The notes below the pieces were generated by a model. It saw only the letters and a program-made list of their open reading frames with translations. It ran no database searches and had not been told where the DNA came from. From assembly GCF_018350175.1 (NCBI RefSeq), contig NC_058368.1:126668001-126732000 (forward strand): a DNA stretch of 64,000 bases. Direction: 5' to 3'. The translations under genes were made by a program, and so were the position numbers. Below, one piece after another: positions 12,700-25,194 of this stretch. This DNA is from Felis catus. Its lineage: Eukaryota. How positions within the stretch are numbered: position 1 is the stretch's first letter; every line of letters starts with the position of its first letter.

Positions 12700-13720
12700 C
12701 TGGGGTGGACTAGGGCACTGCATGCTGGGGCTGCCCTGATTGGATGGCCAGAGTTAAAGTGGGTGTGAGCTGGGCCAGGATGGCCCTGGGACTGCACATG
12801 GAGGGCACCCTGGCAGGGAAGCTAAAGTTAAAGTGGGTGAAAGTTGGGATGTTGTGGGATCCTCAGCATACAGGGTGTCCTGGCAGGGTGGATAAAAGTT
12901 AAAGGGGCTCTTCAAACAAAGGCACCCTGGTTGGATGGCTACCCCTGAAGTGTGTATGGGCTAGGGCAGTTCTTGAGCTCTCTGCACAGAGGGTTCCCTG
13001 CAGGGTAGCTGAAGCTGAGGAGTGTGCAAGCTGAGATGGCATGGAGATCTTCATACAGAGGTCACCCTTGAGGAGTGACTGGAGCTGAGTTGGGGCTTGG
13101 GCTGGGGTGTCCTGGGATGTTTCACACACAGAGGGTGTCACAGCAGGGCTGCTAGAGCTAAAGTGGGGTGTGAATTTGGGGGGCCCCAGGTATTCCATAA
13201 ATGAAGTGCTCTGGCAAGACAGCTGTAGCTGAAGTGGGCACAGGTTTGGATGGTCCTGGGCTCTCCACACAGAGGGCATCCTGGTAGGACAACTGAAGCT
13301 GAAATAAGTGTAAGTTGGGATGTCCTGAGGTCCTCAGCATAGGGGGTGTCCTGGCAGGGTGATGAGGCAAGGGTCTGGGTATATACCGGCAAGCCAGCAT
13401 GTCCTGGTGCACTCTGTGCAAGGGGTACCCTGCTGGGGTGGCTGGAACCGAGATGGGGTACAGGCTGGATGTCTTGTGTTGCACCACAGAAGGGGTGCCC
13501 TGGTGGAAAGGGTTCTGGGGCCTTCCACACAGGAGGCACTTTGACAGGGTTGCTGGATCCAAAGTAGGCATGAGACAGGAGGTCCTGGAGGACTCTGTTC
13601 TAGGACTATACTAGCAAGCCTTCTAGCACTAAAGTGGGTGTCTGCTTGGAGTGCTCTAGGGTACTTTGCACCTATGTCACCTTGGCAAGATCGTTGGAGC
13701 TATAGTCAACACTGACCTGG
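12700..13720. repeat. Degenerate GC-rich tandem array of ~70-bp monomers in the L1 5'UTR
   Basis: A gagggcaccctggcaggg...gctgaagtggg-like unit recurs near 12801, 12872, 12989, 13059, 13131, 13201, 13272, 13341, 13421 and 13491. Confidence 0.8.
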
Positions 13721-14231
13721 CGTGTCCCAATATGTGCAGCACTTTGGCCACCATGGTGCGATGGCTGGGCTTGGTGTGGGCTAGGGCCCAGGGCTCGCTG
13801 ATGTGGCAGGCCAGCTACAACACCTAGATCCTGCTCCCACTCACGCTGTCAAGGTGGAGGAACTAGGTAAATCCTAGCATTCACCAGTCTCTCTGATGCA
13901 GATCATTCTAGCAGCTCCCTCACTTTGGGCAGAGTTCCAGGGCTGGTTCTTTTATGTTCTAATTGCCCATTTAAACCACAGGTTTTTGCTGTTTTGTTTT
14001 GTTTTCCTGTAGCCCAGGGCATCTGGGGCTGGTGTGAGTCAGTGATGCTGATGCTCAGTGATGAGACAGGCCCACTATATCATCTGGACCCTGTTCCCAT
14101 CTGTACTATCCAGGTGAATGAGGAGCGTAAACCAGAGCGCTCACCAGCTCTTCCATCCCAGAGAAAGTTTGAGCAGCTCCTGAATCATTTGGCTGGTTTC
14201 TTGATGTTCTTGTTGCTCCTTTAAAGGCTGC

Positions 14232-14336
<105 letters not shown>

Positions 14337-17198
14337 TCAAGGGCAGAAGAATCCACACAAGATCTCTCAACTTCCCACTGCAGTTTGCACCTTCGGGAGT
14401 GAGGATTCCCGTCCTTATAGTGTCTCTGTCTCTCTTGGTGTTCTCTGTGTGGTTTTTCTCTTTCTTTCATTCAGAAGCTGTTCAGTTAGCCCTCATCTTC
14501 TTCAGGAAGATTTGCTCTCTAAAAAGGTGTAGATTTGGTCATGGAGATGAATTCAGGGTCTTCCTGTCTCCATCTTGGACCAGAACCTATCATTTTTAAA
14601 GTTGTGTTTCTACCTTTTTTTTTTCTTTTCTAAGAAAAAGAGCTTTCAAAAACTAGAGACTTCTTTTTCTTCTGTCCAAAGTCTGCCTCCAAGGAGACTT
14701 CGGGAACAAATTCTGCAGTAATATTTTGAAGTCAAAATTACCTTTTCCAGGGACAGCCATAGTTCTCGAGGGATGTCCTTCTAATCTCAGAACAATTTTT
14801 GGTTAAAATTAAATATTTCAAACTCAAAAGAAGTCCTTCTACTCCACGGAATTTAATATTCACTTCCAGTTGTACACAGGGTTCCAGATACACTGAGTAC
14901 TAACATTTTTTGAGCACATCCCATGCTTGAATTATGCTGGGCTTTTGCCCTCATTCTTTAGAATGCCTTTTCCTCAAGAAGCCAGTGGCATTATCTTGTC
15001 ATAGTAAAGTAAATGCATAAGGGATAGAGGAAACCCATGACCACCAAATATGGTGCATGGAGTTAGAGATGACATTACACGTTTGCTCTGCAAATAGAAT
15101 TTTTATGAACCCAATTGTTGAAAGGCTAAGTCAAAAATCAGGAGAGTTAATTGGGTTGCCAATACTAATGAAAAAATAGTCCCCTTTGTGGGTAAGGCTA
15201 GACATGGTTTTAAAAATAATAGTTGAAAAAAAAAAAGCATAGTACAGTGAACAAAGAAAGTATCCACCATGTATCAGAAAACAAGTCTTTGAAAAAGCTT
15301 TCAGTAATAGTTAAGTCTGAATCTGATACAAATTAAATATGAGTAGCAGCTCTTCAAAGTAATTCTTTCATTTCATTTTAAATTAATTGTTACAAGTCAA
15401 AGAAATTAAAACTTTTAAAGAACTTTGGACCACTTAATCTATCAGGATATCAGGATATGATTTGCATTATGGGTTTACTTACCAGATCAGCCTAAAATAA
15501 TGAGACAGGGGAAGGATACTTAAGCAATCTGATTGAAAGTTTTACTTTATTTCCTGAGACAAGGATCCAATTTTCCTGTCTTTAATTTCATCTCCAGGCT
15601 ATTTGTTTTCTCCTTTGGAGTCAAGCAAGAATATTTATTTTTCAACTTCCCTCTATGCACCAGGATGTCAAATCCTCAAGAAATATTATATCATGTTTTG
15701 TCATTTTATGATTTATTTGTTTTTCCCAAAGCTAGCTAAAGTTATTTCAAATAGCTCAGTACACACTAGGGTTTTAGAATTTTGGCTAAATTGCTCTTGC
15801 TTCACATAGCCTGAATTTTTCTACACTTACTATTTTTTCTTCTTATACATTATTTTTTCTCTGCTTTTTCATTTATTAGCTAGTGCCCACTGAATTGTAA
15901 CTAAACCTGGGATGTAGCCTTCAGTGTTCGCACAGCTGACAAAATACAACCATTTAGCTAAATTTTATCTTTCTAGAGTTGATACATTAGAGTGGGGGAA
16001 TCTCCAGGTACATTGTTTATTATTTACTATTTATCAATTCCAAATTGTATGTTGCAGTTGAAGCCTTTACAGTAGCTGCATAAGTAAAACAGCCTAGACT
16101 TTTTGGCTACAAACATGACCTTGTTTTGTTTCCCGAATGAATAATATTTAAGCATTGACATAGTGTGTCGGTGAGGATTAAGTCCAGAAGATAGACCTTG
16201 GACAGGTCGTTCACTAGAGACCATCTCTTTCCATATAACAGTGAGACAACCAGAGATGGTCAACTGCTCAGGTTTCAGGTAGTGTTCCTAAAGGCCACAA
16301 GCTGGGGCAGCCACTATCAAGAGCTGGAAAATAGAAATGCTTCCAGTCTCCTGATGCTGTCCTCTGGTGGAAACCAGCTGTCAAGGTAACCTGAGAAACC
16401 TTCAGTGCAAGGGGGCAGCCTCCTACCATACAGAGCACTGCGTGGGAAGAGCAATAAAAACATAGGATAACAAATGGGCAAATGCCTGACATAACTGGAA
16501 AATACTGATCAAGAAACAGAAGTGCTTCTATTGATACAGAAATGGTCTGAGTGCTTTGTATGTATGTATTACCTAAGAGGTACTTTGTTGTTTTGTTTTG
16601 TTTCAAATTAAGGTGGGATGATTACTAGTGAATATGATCTTCTCAAGCGCCGTGTTATTAGGCAATTTCTTCTGAAGCAGGAAACAGAAGGGCAGATGGA
16701 TACTTCAAGAATGGGTGTCAGTATACACATGAGACATACCCTCTTTTAAACTATGCACTGTTCTTACAAATCAGTTGTAGCTTGCCCTGCTCACGTGTTT
16801 GAATGGTGGACTTCAAGAATTTGCCTACACCAAAATGATGCCACCTTGTCTGCCTGCAAGGCATATAGTGTGAATGTGGCTCATTCTGATCATGGAGGGG
16901 CATGAGGAGACCAGGATTTAATCCAAGTGTCTGAACTGAGTACATACAGTTAACCACTTCTCCACTGCATGACAGTGTGTATCTACAAAAGTGCTCTTGT
17001 TCATGTGTACTGCGGGCAATGGGATCCCTTAGACCATGTGTTTGACATGGATTCTGAAAGACTGAATAAGAATTACTCTGTAACCAGAGGCAAATGGAAG
17101 CTGTGGAGTTTGATTTTGACATATTTTTTTAGTTTCCTGAGGCCAGAGTTGTCTCGAATGACAAAACCTCTTTGCTCTGGCTCATTTGGAAAACCGAT

Positions 17199-17422
17199 AT
17201 TTTATTTTATTAAAAAAAATTAATGTCTATTTATTTTTGAGAAAGAGAAAGACAGCATGAGCAGGGGAGGAGCAGAAAGAGAGGGAGACACATAATCTGA
17301 ACCAGGCTCCAGGCTCTGAGCTGTCAGCACAGAGCCCAATGTGGAGCTCAAACCATGAACTGTGAGAGCATGACCTGAGCTGAAGTCAGATGCTTAACTG
17401 ACTGAGCCACTCAAGAGCCTCC
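17199..17422 (-). mobile_element. CanSINE
   Basis: ggctccaggctctgagctgtcagcacagagccc...gacctgagctgaagtcagatgcttaactgactgagccac. Confidence 0.92.
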
Positions 17423-17467
17423 CCCTAACCGCCCCCCCCCAAAAAAACCCGTTGTTTTAAAGGGTTG

Positions 17468-17470
<3 letters not shown>

Positions 17471-17508
<38 letters not shown>
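17471..17508. repeat. (TG)19 microsatellite
   Basis: Read directly from the sequence. Confidence 0.97.
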
Positions 17509-17512
<4 letters not shown>

Positions 17513-18582
17513 CATGCATGCACCCTTGAGATAGATGATTTTTATGGCAACCAACAGAACAATATTTCAGAGACATTGAAAGGGCAAATTTAAAAAGGGA
17601 AATGTGATATTGACTGAAAGCATATGGTTCCTGGTTTTTACAGATCTGTTTTGAAGAACCCAAGATCTAGGGAAGGGACAACAGCCCCAGTTAAGCCCAT
17701 TGCTTGGCCCTGAGTATAATCTTTCTTTGCCTCCCTGCTTATTCATTTTCTTTCCTTTTCACTCCCCTCCCCATTAAGCTATAAAACTCTTGGGGATAGC
17801 CACTTCCCTACAGCCACAACTCTTTTCTTTGATCATACAGGATGGCAGTCTGAGCTAACCTCACAAAAGTGAAACACTGATGGCAGCCTCAAGAGCAGAT
17901 CCCCCAGACCACCCTCCCTCCACTGCCCCACGCATCACCACCGCCATTTTCAGGCATGGTGCCCCCATACAGCTCCCTGGGCCCCTCATGGTCACCTCCA
18001 GTTCTGAAGCCTAGAAACCCCACCCCATTCTAGCACTGAGGACCCTCTGCTTCAGTCTTGTCCCTTTCTCTGACATGGAGGTTAAATCTTACTTTAGACG
18101 GAGGAATATTTTCACGACCCATCATTATTTTTTTAAGTTCCTGACTGGGCCCAATAACAAGAAGTAGAGAGAAGGATTATTAAGAGAAAGCTTAGTAAAG
18201 CTTCTTTCCATTTTTCCTTTATGAGAAACAGGAAAAAAAGAAAAACCTCTTGGAAAACCTGGATGTGAATCTGTATTCAGAAAAAAAGAAAAGAGGGAGG
18301 TTAGAGAGATGACCAAGGACACAGCCTATGGTCATTAAATAGGGTGGAAACAGTTGTTCAAAGTGAACCTCCACCCGAATACCTTACCCTTCTGAGTCTC
18401 TGCTCTCCCTTTCCCTCCATTTCATCCCCTTTGCTTCTGGGACACTTGTCAGAAGCTTTGAAAGTCATGGGCCCTCACCCTGCCCATTTTAATATGAACT
18501 TTTCAAGCCAAACTTTATCTCTCTCACGAATGTAGCAGCTTAAGGACAGGGTCTAAGTCCCATTTATTTCTCTCCCTTAAGA

Positions 18583-19010
18583 TGGTGCTGCTCAAAATGT
18601 GGTCTAAAGCCCAGCATTAGCATCATTTCGGTGCTTGTTAGAAATTCAGAATCTCAGGGTGCCTGGGTGGCTCATTTAAGCGTCCGACGTCAGCTCAGGT
18701 TATGATCTCAAGGTTCATGATCCCTGCATCGGGCTCCGTGCTGACAGCTCGGAGTCTGGAGCCTGCTTAGGATTCTCTGTGGGTGTGTGTGTCTCTCTCT
18801 GCCCTTCCCCTGCCTGTGCCCTCTCTGTCTCTGTCTCTCTGGCTGAAAAATGAATAAACATTAAAAATAATCTTAAAAAGTAAATGCAGAATCTCACACC
18901 CTACCCTGGACCTCCCAAACCAGAATATCTAAGCATAGAGTATAGGAATCTGTTAAAGCAAAGCTTCCAAGTGATTCCAGTGCCTGCTAAAGTCTGAAAA
19001 GCATAACCCT
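18583..19010. mobile_element. MER5A-like hAT element split by a SINE
   Basis: ctcaaaatgtggtc...cagcattagcatc...cttgttagaaattcagaatctca [SINE] ...ccaagtgattccagtgcctgctaaagtctgaaaagca. Confidence 0.75.
18657..18880 (+). mobile_element. CanSINE with TSD
   Basis: gggtgcctgggtggctca...; TSD aaattcagaatctca / aaatgcagaatctca. Confidence 0.92.
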
Positions 19011-19326
19011 CTGATGTAGACCCCACTGTCTTGTTCACAATAGGTGTTTAATAAACTCCTTGATTTGAATGTAGTTGATACATTGCACTATGGAGCCAAA
19101 CCACAGCTCCCTGAGAGCAGAGACCCTATCTTTTTCACTGCTATGTCCCCAGCTCCTCACATGATGTCTGACGATGCATTTGTTAGCTTAAAAGAGAATT
19201 GGATAGTATTTTGTTTTGGCTCTCCTGCTTTAACCTTTTCTAATTAAAGGTTACAAAACAGCAAAGAAAATTACAGTGAGGACTGTTTAGAGAGTAATTT
19301 TGAGATAATACATCAGTGCTGTGTGG

Positions 19327-19398
19327 GGTCAGGGGATCGGGGAAATAGAGAATAGGAATTAAAGAATACTTATCATGATTAAAATAAAATGCTTAAAA
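19327..19398 (+). mobile_element. ~70-bp L1 3'-terminal stub with a ~20-bp TSD
   Basis: ggggatcggggaaatagagaataggaattaaagaatacttatcatgatt plus A-rich tail; flanked by 19307-19326 and 19399-19418 (17/20 identical). Confidence 0.65.
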
Positions 19399-19669
19399 AA
19401 TACATCAGTTCCATGTGGATAATTAATGACATCAATTTGCCAGTAATAATACCTTCTATTCATATGGCAATCCGGTTTTCAAAACTCTTTGGACATTTTT
19501 CTCACTGATCGTTATAAAAATCTGATACAGTATGTTCTCTTAGGAAGAAGCAGAGATTAAAAAAAAACTGAGAGAATAGTTCTGGTCCTCTGAAGTAAGT
19601 ACAAAAACTAGAACCCAGGACTTGGAATTTCTATTTTCATGGGATGGTTTGCATTCCATTTGCATCATA

Positions 19670-19855
19670 CAGTATCTGAGTGTTTCTGGTAACTTCCCTC
19701 ACTAAGTCTCCATGTTAGTTTCTTCATCTATAAAATAGGGAGAATGATAGTATCTACGTTATACTGTCATAGAAATTAAATTACATAAAAATAAATGTAA
19801 AGCACTTAGTATGTTGCCTTGCACAAAATAAGGGTTTAATAAATGAAGCTATTGT
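19670..19855 (+). mobile_element. MIR SINE (an opposite-strand MIR fragment probably lies at ~19490-19640)
   Basis: agtttcttcatctataaaatagggagaatgatagtatctac...atgtaaagcacttagtatgttgccttgcaca...aataaatg. Confidence 0.75.
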
Positions 19856-22326
19856 TGTATTATCATTTTTATAGTTTTTTTAATATTACAATATTATATT
19901 TGTTATTACACTACACTGACTCCCACCAGATTGACCACTGCTCCTTAGGTAGGTTAGCAAGGGCCAGGATCTTCTCTATCTCTGAAGGGGTTCTTTGTTA
20001 ACTTGAGAGGACATTTATGGCATTCAGTCAGATTCTCATGGCTGGAGTGTTTCTGAGTGTTGCCCTTCCGAGGGTCTCTGCTCATGCTAATTCTTGTAGT
20101 CATGAAACCTCATACCCACCAGGAAGGTTGGGTGTAGGCTGTGGGCGTAGTAGTTCCTTCTCTGTCTCAATTTCAGGCTGCCTGGTGATTTGAAACACAC
20201 GCCTTCCTTGCATCAGCTGTTAAGATGCTATGGTTAATTTCTTTTAAAAATGAGGTAAATCACAGCTATTACCCAAATATAAAATAGACACGTGTCAAAA
20301 ATTTTATTTATCTCAGCAACTAATGATGGAACAAGTAAGATATTGTCATGGGTTTAAGAGAGTATTCAGGGGACACACATGGAGGCTCTCAGGAATGCTG
20401 AAGCAAATTTACCAATAGTTGCAAAATAGGTTAATAACCATGGACCAATGATCATTTGTAATCCAGACACAGTTGACTTGCATTTCTATTTCCTATCAGC
20501 AAGACTTCATTTATATTATTACCTGTTTTCTACCATCTGCAGAGCTGTAAAAAAGATCAAAGACCATGAAAAACAGATGACCTGAAAAGATGGACTAGAC
20601 ACAGCCCCCAGTAATCTTCTTTGCCCACTTCAGAGTCTTTGACAATTTTTCTCTGACAATGATCCCAAAAGAGTGGGCTAGTGATAGAGGAACGAATAGA
20701 GGGTGTAAGTAGACCCAGTTTTCTTGTTTCCCTGCCTGAAAAGGATGTTTCAGGGTTAGTCTTCAAAGGGGCTACATGGACCTTTCTCCTTTTCCTATCT
20801 TTATCTCCTGTTAATACCCACTTCCCCTTTTCCTGCAGCTCCTACTCCAAAAGTAGTAGCTCCTCCTCTTTAGAAGTTTCACTTTCCCCACAGGCAGAAG
20901 TCCCCCCCCCCCACACACACACACACACACTCCTGGTCTATCTTAATGTCTTGCAAAACTCAGTGCTCAGGATCTGGCTGAATATGTACGGAGATTGTCT
21001 TTTACTCAGACACTGGGGCTATAAAGAGGAAGGAGAAGGTTCTAGTATCTGAGTGAGGGCAGAGCAGATGCTAGATTATTAGTTCAGCTTCCCCTTCAGC
21101 AGCTCTGATTACTTAACATTAAGAAGGAAGCCATCTCGTAAAAGACTATGAATTACCCCAAAGAGAACAGACCCTTGTCTAATTTGAGGAAAGGATATTT
21201 CTGTTACCATGACTTTGGCCTTGGCTGTTGTAGAAGAATAAAGCCAGGCACTCGTGAGCAGAGGATCCACTGAAGGGGGCTCTCTGTTGTCCAGCAGGAG
21301 ATGCTTGGTGCACTTAGTTGTTGTTTTTCTTTCTTGCATAAAAGAAGAGCTTTGTCCAATAGTTACTACCTCACATAAAGTTTTTAGAAAGGGAATTTTT
21401 AATTCTGAAAAATAAAAACAAGATAAGTTGTAAGAGAGGCATGATGGAAACAGGCCCAAAATTGGATTTAGACTAACAACACAGAATCTAATGTATGCTC
21501 CAAGGTAGTTCCAGGACCCTACTGATCAAGACAACTGCTTCTCCAGTTCTTCAAATAAATGCTCGGTATTGGATCTCATCAACAAACAGATTTCCTGCAG
21601 AGAGGCAAATGAAACAGATTCTTCAGAACTTCTAGTTCTGCTCATTCCCACAACGATGACACCATATGTATGAAGATTTGGGGCATTTTTGGTTTCCCCA
21701 GGAGATATACTATTTTTTATTTTTAAAAAATCATCAAATATTTACTGTATGCATTTCTTATGAAGTCTTGTGTTTAGTAAAATGTAGTTACTTCTCTCCC
21801 CTGTGGAAGAAGTCAGCATGTTAGAGAAATGCAGGCATGGGGAGCCTTGGAATGTAGATCTATATTGGCCAATAGATAGGTTGTTTCAGTCAACTCTGTC
21901 CGCATCTTGAGTTTCCACTTTGTCATCTACAAAATGAAGGAGTTGGATGACAGCCTTCTAAACCAACTCTTTCACCATGTTGAGGTGCTAAGTTACTCTT
22001 TGATGTTGGGGCAAAAAGGAAAACGTGAGCCCTCCAGGCTGGACTGATGGCTGGCCACACAGATGGCTTTTGCAGGCTGTGGAGAGGACAACACTTGCCT
22101 CCCCATACCATGGACCCTGCTAGGATATAAAAGGCCAAGCTAAACTCTGCTAGCAGTGTGTCCTAAAAGGAGTGTGGTGGGGCATAGGCATTGCATATGG
22201 TGGTGATTTTTCTCCTGTGCTTTTTAAAATTTTTGCTTATATTTCTGAATTAACTTCTTAGCCATTTTTGCCACTTTCAGTCTATCATTTGTTCATTTAT
22301 TTGGTCAGTAATTAAAAATTGTTTAA

Positions 22327-22582
22327 GGGGCACCTGGGTGGCTCAGTCATTTAAACATCTGACTTCAGCTCAGGGCATGATCTCGTGGTTCATGGGTCAA
22401 GCCCCGCTTTGGGCTCTGTGCTGACAGCCTGGAGCCTGCTTCAGATTCTGTGTCTCCCTCTCTCTCTACCCCTCCCCCGCTCATGCTCTCTCTCTTTAAT
22501 TTACTTATTTAAATAATTTAATTTAAATAATTATTGTTTATTTAAAATAAACTTTAAAAAATAAAAAATAAATAAAAACATA
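22327..22582 (+). mobile_element. CanSINE with expanded AT-rich tail
   Basis: ggggcacctgggtggctcagtc...; TSD-like aaattgtttaag / aagttgtttgag. Confidence 0.92.
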
Positions 22583-22589
22583 AAAGTTG

Positions 22590-22700
22590 TTTGAGAATCT
22601 TGTAAGTACCAGACATTATATTAAATGCAGGAGATGTAATGCTGAATAAAACAATTGAGGTCCCTGCCCTCATAGAACCCATACGCTAGGGGGAGGATGT
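22590..22700 (-). mobile_element. L2 3' fragment
   Basis: ccagacattatattaaatgcaggagatgtaatgctgaataaaaca...gtccctgccctcatagaac. Confidence 0.6.
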
Positions 22701-23146
22701 AGCAAATATAAAGGTCATAGTGAGTGAAGTACAGGGTGCATGTGGGCCCGCAGAAGGGCCACCTAGTTCACAGGAGTGTGTGTGCTGAGAATGGATGGAA
22801 GAAAATGATACCATTTGACACAGAGGCAATAAATGTGAGTTAGACAGGAGCACATGTGATAGCTATAGGTGGATTTCTTACAAAATTAATGAAGCTTAAG
22901 TTTAGTTGCATATCAGTAAATGAGATATTTTTTAAAAAGAGGGAAAAAATCGGAGTTAAAGAATTGTTAATTTTCATGATGTAAAATCCATCACAGTGGT
23001 CGATGTCAGGGTGCAAACAAGTTAAAGTCAGCAATACCCAAGAGCCCTTAATATTTAACAACAGTGCTTTTGAGCCAGTAGTACGAGCTCCAAACAATGC
23101 CTTTTAGTAAGACTTGGGACTCTTACTTGGACAAGCTCCTTCAAAG

Positions 23147-23580
23147 TGTCTTAGTAGGCATTCCCCCAGTTACAGGGTCTGGGACAAAAATTTATATAAA
23201 AGTAGTTTATTCCAGAAGTGCAGGAAACAGGTACAGAGAGGTACAGAAAAGAGCTCGGAAAGGGAAGGAAGCCAATAAAATCTGTATTCCTACTGCAATT
23301 GGTAAATAGAACTTAATCCTGCCTGAAAACTCTGGGGATCGTTGTGACAGCAGCCTGAGGAAGAAGGGAGCTGGGATTTCAGTACACCAACCCCTGTCAG
23401 TTCCTGGCTGAGATCTGCTATTTCCCTGTTACATTCGATCTCCCCTGATAGGCAGAGTGTCCTTGCGTTGCTTTGGAGACGATTTTAAAGCAAATTGCTG
23501 TAGATATTGGCAGTTGGAAGTCAGCTCGCCAAGTGCAGAAGGGGTATGTTATGGGCAGAGCGCCAACATCATCTGCTCCA
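23147..23580 (-). mobile_element. LTR16-like ERVL LTR
   Basis: tgtcttagt...ttccccag...ctgggacaa...aagtagtttatt...gggaaggaagccaataaa resembles the LTR16 reverse complement. Confidence 0.6.
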
Positions 23581-23814
23581 TATTGCTTTGTACTTAATCT
23601 GTATTTGTAATTTGCATTACTTAAATTGGGCCCTCAAATTTTTATTAGTTTTAGACCTTAAAAAACTCAGAACCACCCATCGCAACAGCTCTTCTTTGTT
23701 GAAGAAGGCAGAATATATGGGAAATTCAAAGAAATTAATAAGTCTGTGTAAGAACTGGGAGAAAGGAAGATAGTTAGAGGCAAAATGAAAACGGTAGGCC
23801 ACGCCCTAGGAAGG

Positions 23815-24155
23815 GTGTTATGTTAAATACAGCTCTTCTAGGTTTGGCTGAGATTTGCTGGCCCCTGCAGAACTCAGCTGGGCTCTCAGCTTGCCATTTC
23901 TGGGACAGGCTGACAGAGCAGCCCCATTCCAGGATAGCTCTTTCCAGGATGAAGAGCAAGAGTATCAGAGGACTGAGGGAATCTCACAATGCCTCTGTTG
24001 GCTGTGGCTCACCAGTGGCTCATTGTCACATCTCCTCGTGTTCCATTAGCTAAGATAACTCATTTGGCCCAGTCCAAAGCTGATAAGGCAGGAAAATACA
24101 ATCCACCTTCAGGGAAAGAGCTGATGACCCAGTGAGGTAGTAATACAATCTACTA
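23815..24155. mobile_element. Old MLT1-like LTR fragment
   Basis: cacaatgcctct...tggctcaccagtggctcattgtcacatctc...ttccattagctaagataactcatttggcccagtccaa...gcaggaaaataca. Confidence 0.5.
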
Positions 24156-24294
24156 TAGAATTTTCACCAAAATGTTAGTGATTATCTGGAGACAGTGATA
24201 TTTCTGGTAATTTTTATTATTTCAGCTTTTTCTATTATTAGAATCTTTAATAGGAAGATAATAATTTTACCAAAAACAGTAAACCTATGTCTTT

Positions 24295-24729
24295 TTTTAA
24301 TAATTTATATATATACAAACAGAAACCAATTTGATAATTTATTGTTGTTATATATATATATAAAACAATATATATTGTTGACAATAAATTGTCAAATTGG
24401 TTTCCATACAACACCCAGTGCTCATCCCAACAGGTGCCCTCAATACCCATCACCCACCTTCCACCCCCCCCCCGCCCCCACTCCCTATCAACCCTCAGAT
24501 TGTTCTCCATTTTTAAGAGTCTCTTATGGTTTGGCTTCCTCCCTCTATAGCTTTTTTTTTTCCTTCCCCACACAATGAAATACTACGTGGCAAAGAGAAA
24601 GAATGAAATATGGCCTTTTGTAGCAACATGGATGGAACTGGAGAGTGTTGTGCTAAGTGAAATAAATCATACAGAGAAAGACAGATAGCATATGTTTTCA
24701 CCCTTATGTAGATCCTGAGAAACTTAACA
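24295..24729. mobile_element. Felid L1 3' end with 5' inversion (twin-priming type): - strand to ~24570, + strand 24571-24729
   Basis: Antisense 3'UTR (ttgtcaaattggtttccatacaacacccagtgctc) joined to the sense ORF2 end (caatgaaatactac...gcaacatggatggaactggagagt); TSD taaacctatgtcttt / taaacctgtgttttt at 24280 and 24730. Confidence 0.85.
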
Positions 24730-24970
24730 TAAACCTGTGTTTTTAAATAACAAAATAGATGAAATAGTGGGAACATTTATTTGAGGATACTTTTTTAAAG
24801 TCTCCTTTTGAAACTCCTTTAGTAAATGAGTTATGTACATCTAAAAATTTAGTCCCTCAACTTTCTAAAACCACCTATCAGCCTTTATAGCATATGTAAG
24901 TCATTGCATTTTATTATGTTCCTATTGGTTTCCTTACCATTACTCTCTCATTTTAAACTTTCTTTGTATC

Positions 24971-25194
24971 TTTTTTTTTTCTTTTATAGTGTTTATTTAT
25001 TTATTTTTGAGGGAGAGAGAAGAAGAGCACAAGCTGGGGAGGGGCAAAGAGGGAGGGAAACACAGAATCCAAAGCAGGCCCCAGGCTCTAAGGTGTCAGC
25101 ACAGAGCACAACAAGGCCTCGAACCCATGAACCATGAGATCATGACCTGAGCTGAAGTCAGATGCTTAACCCACTGAGCCATCAAGGTGCCCCC
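24971..25194 (-). mobile_element. CanSINE
   Basis: T tail; gagatcatgacctgagctgaagtcagatgcttaacccactgagccatcaaggtgcccc. Confidence 0.92.

Noticed and set aside
12594..13614. Cluster of overlapping 60-137 aa ORFs, or a CRISPR-like array
   Set aside because: Produced by a GC-rich degenerate tandem repeat in an L1 5'UTR; there are no identical repeats with unique spacers, and the context is mammalian.
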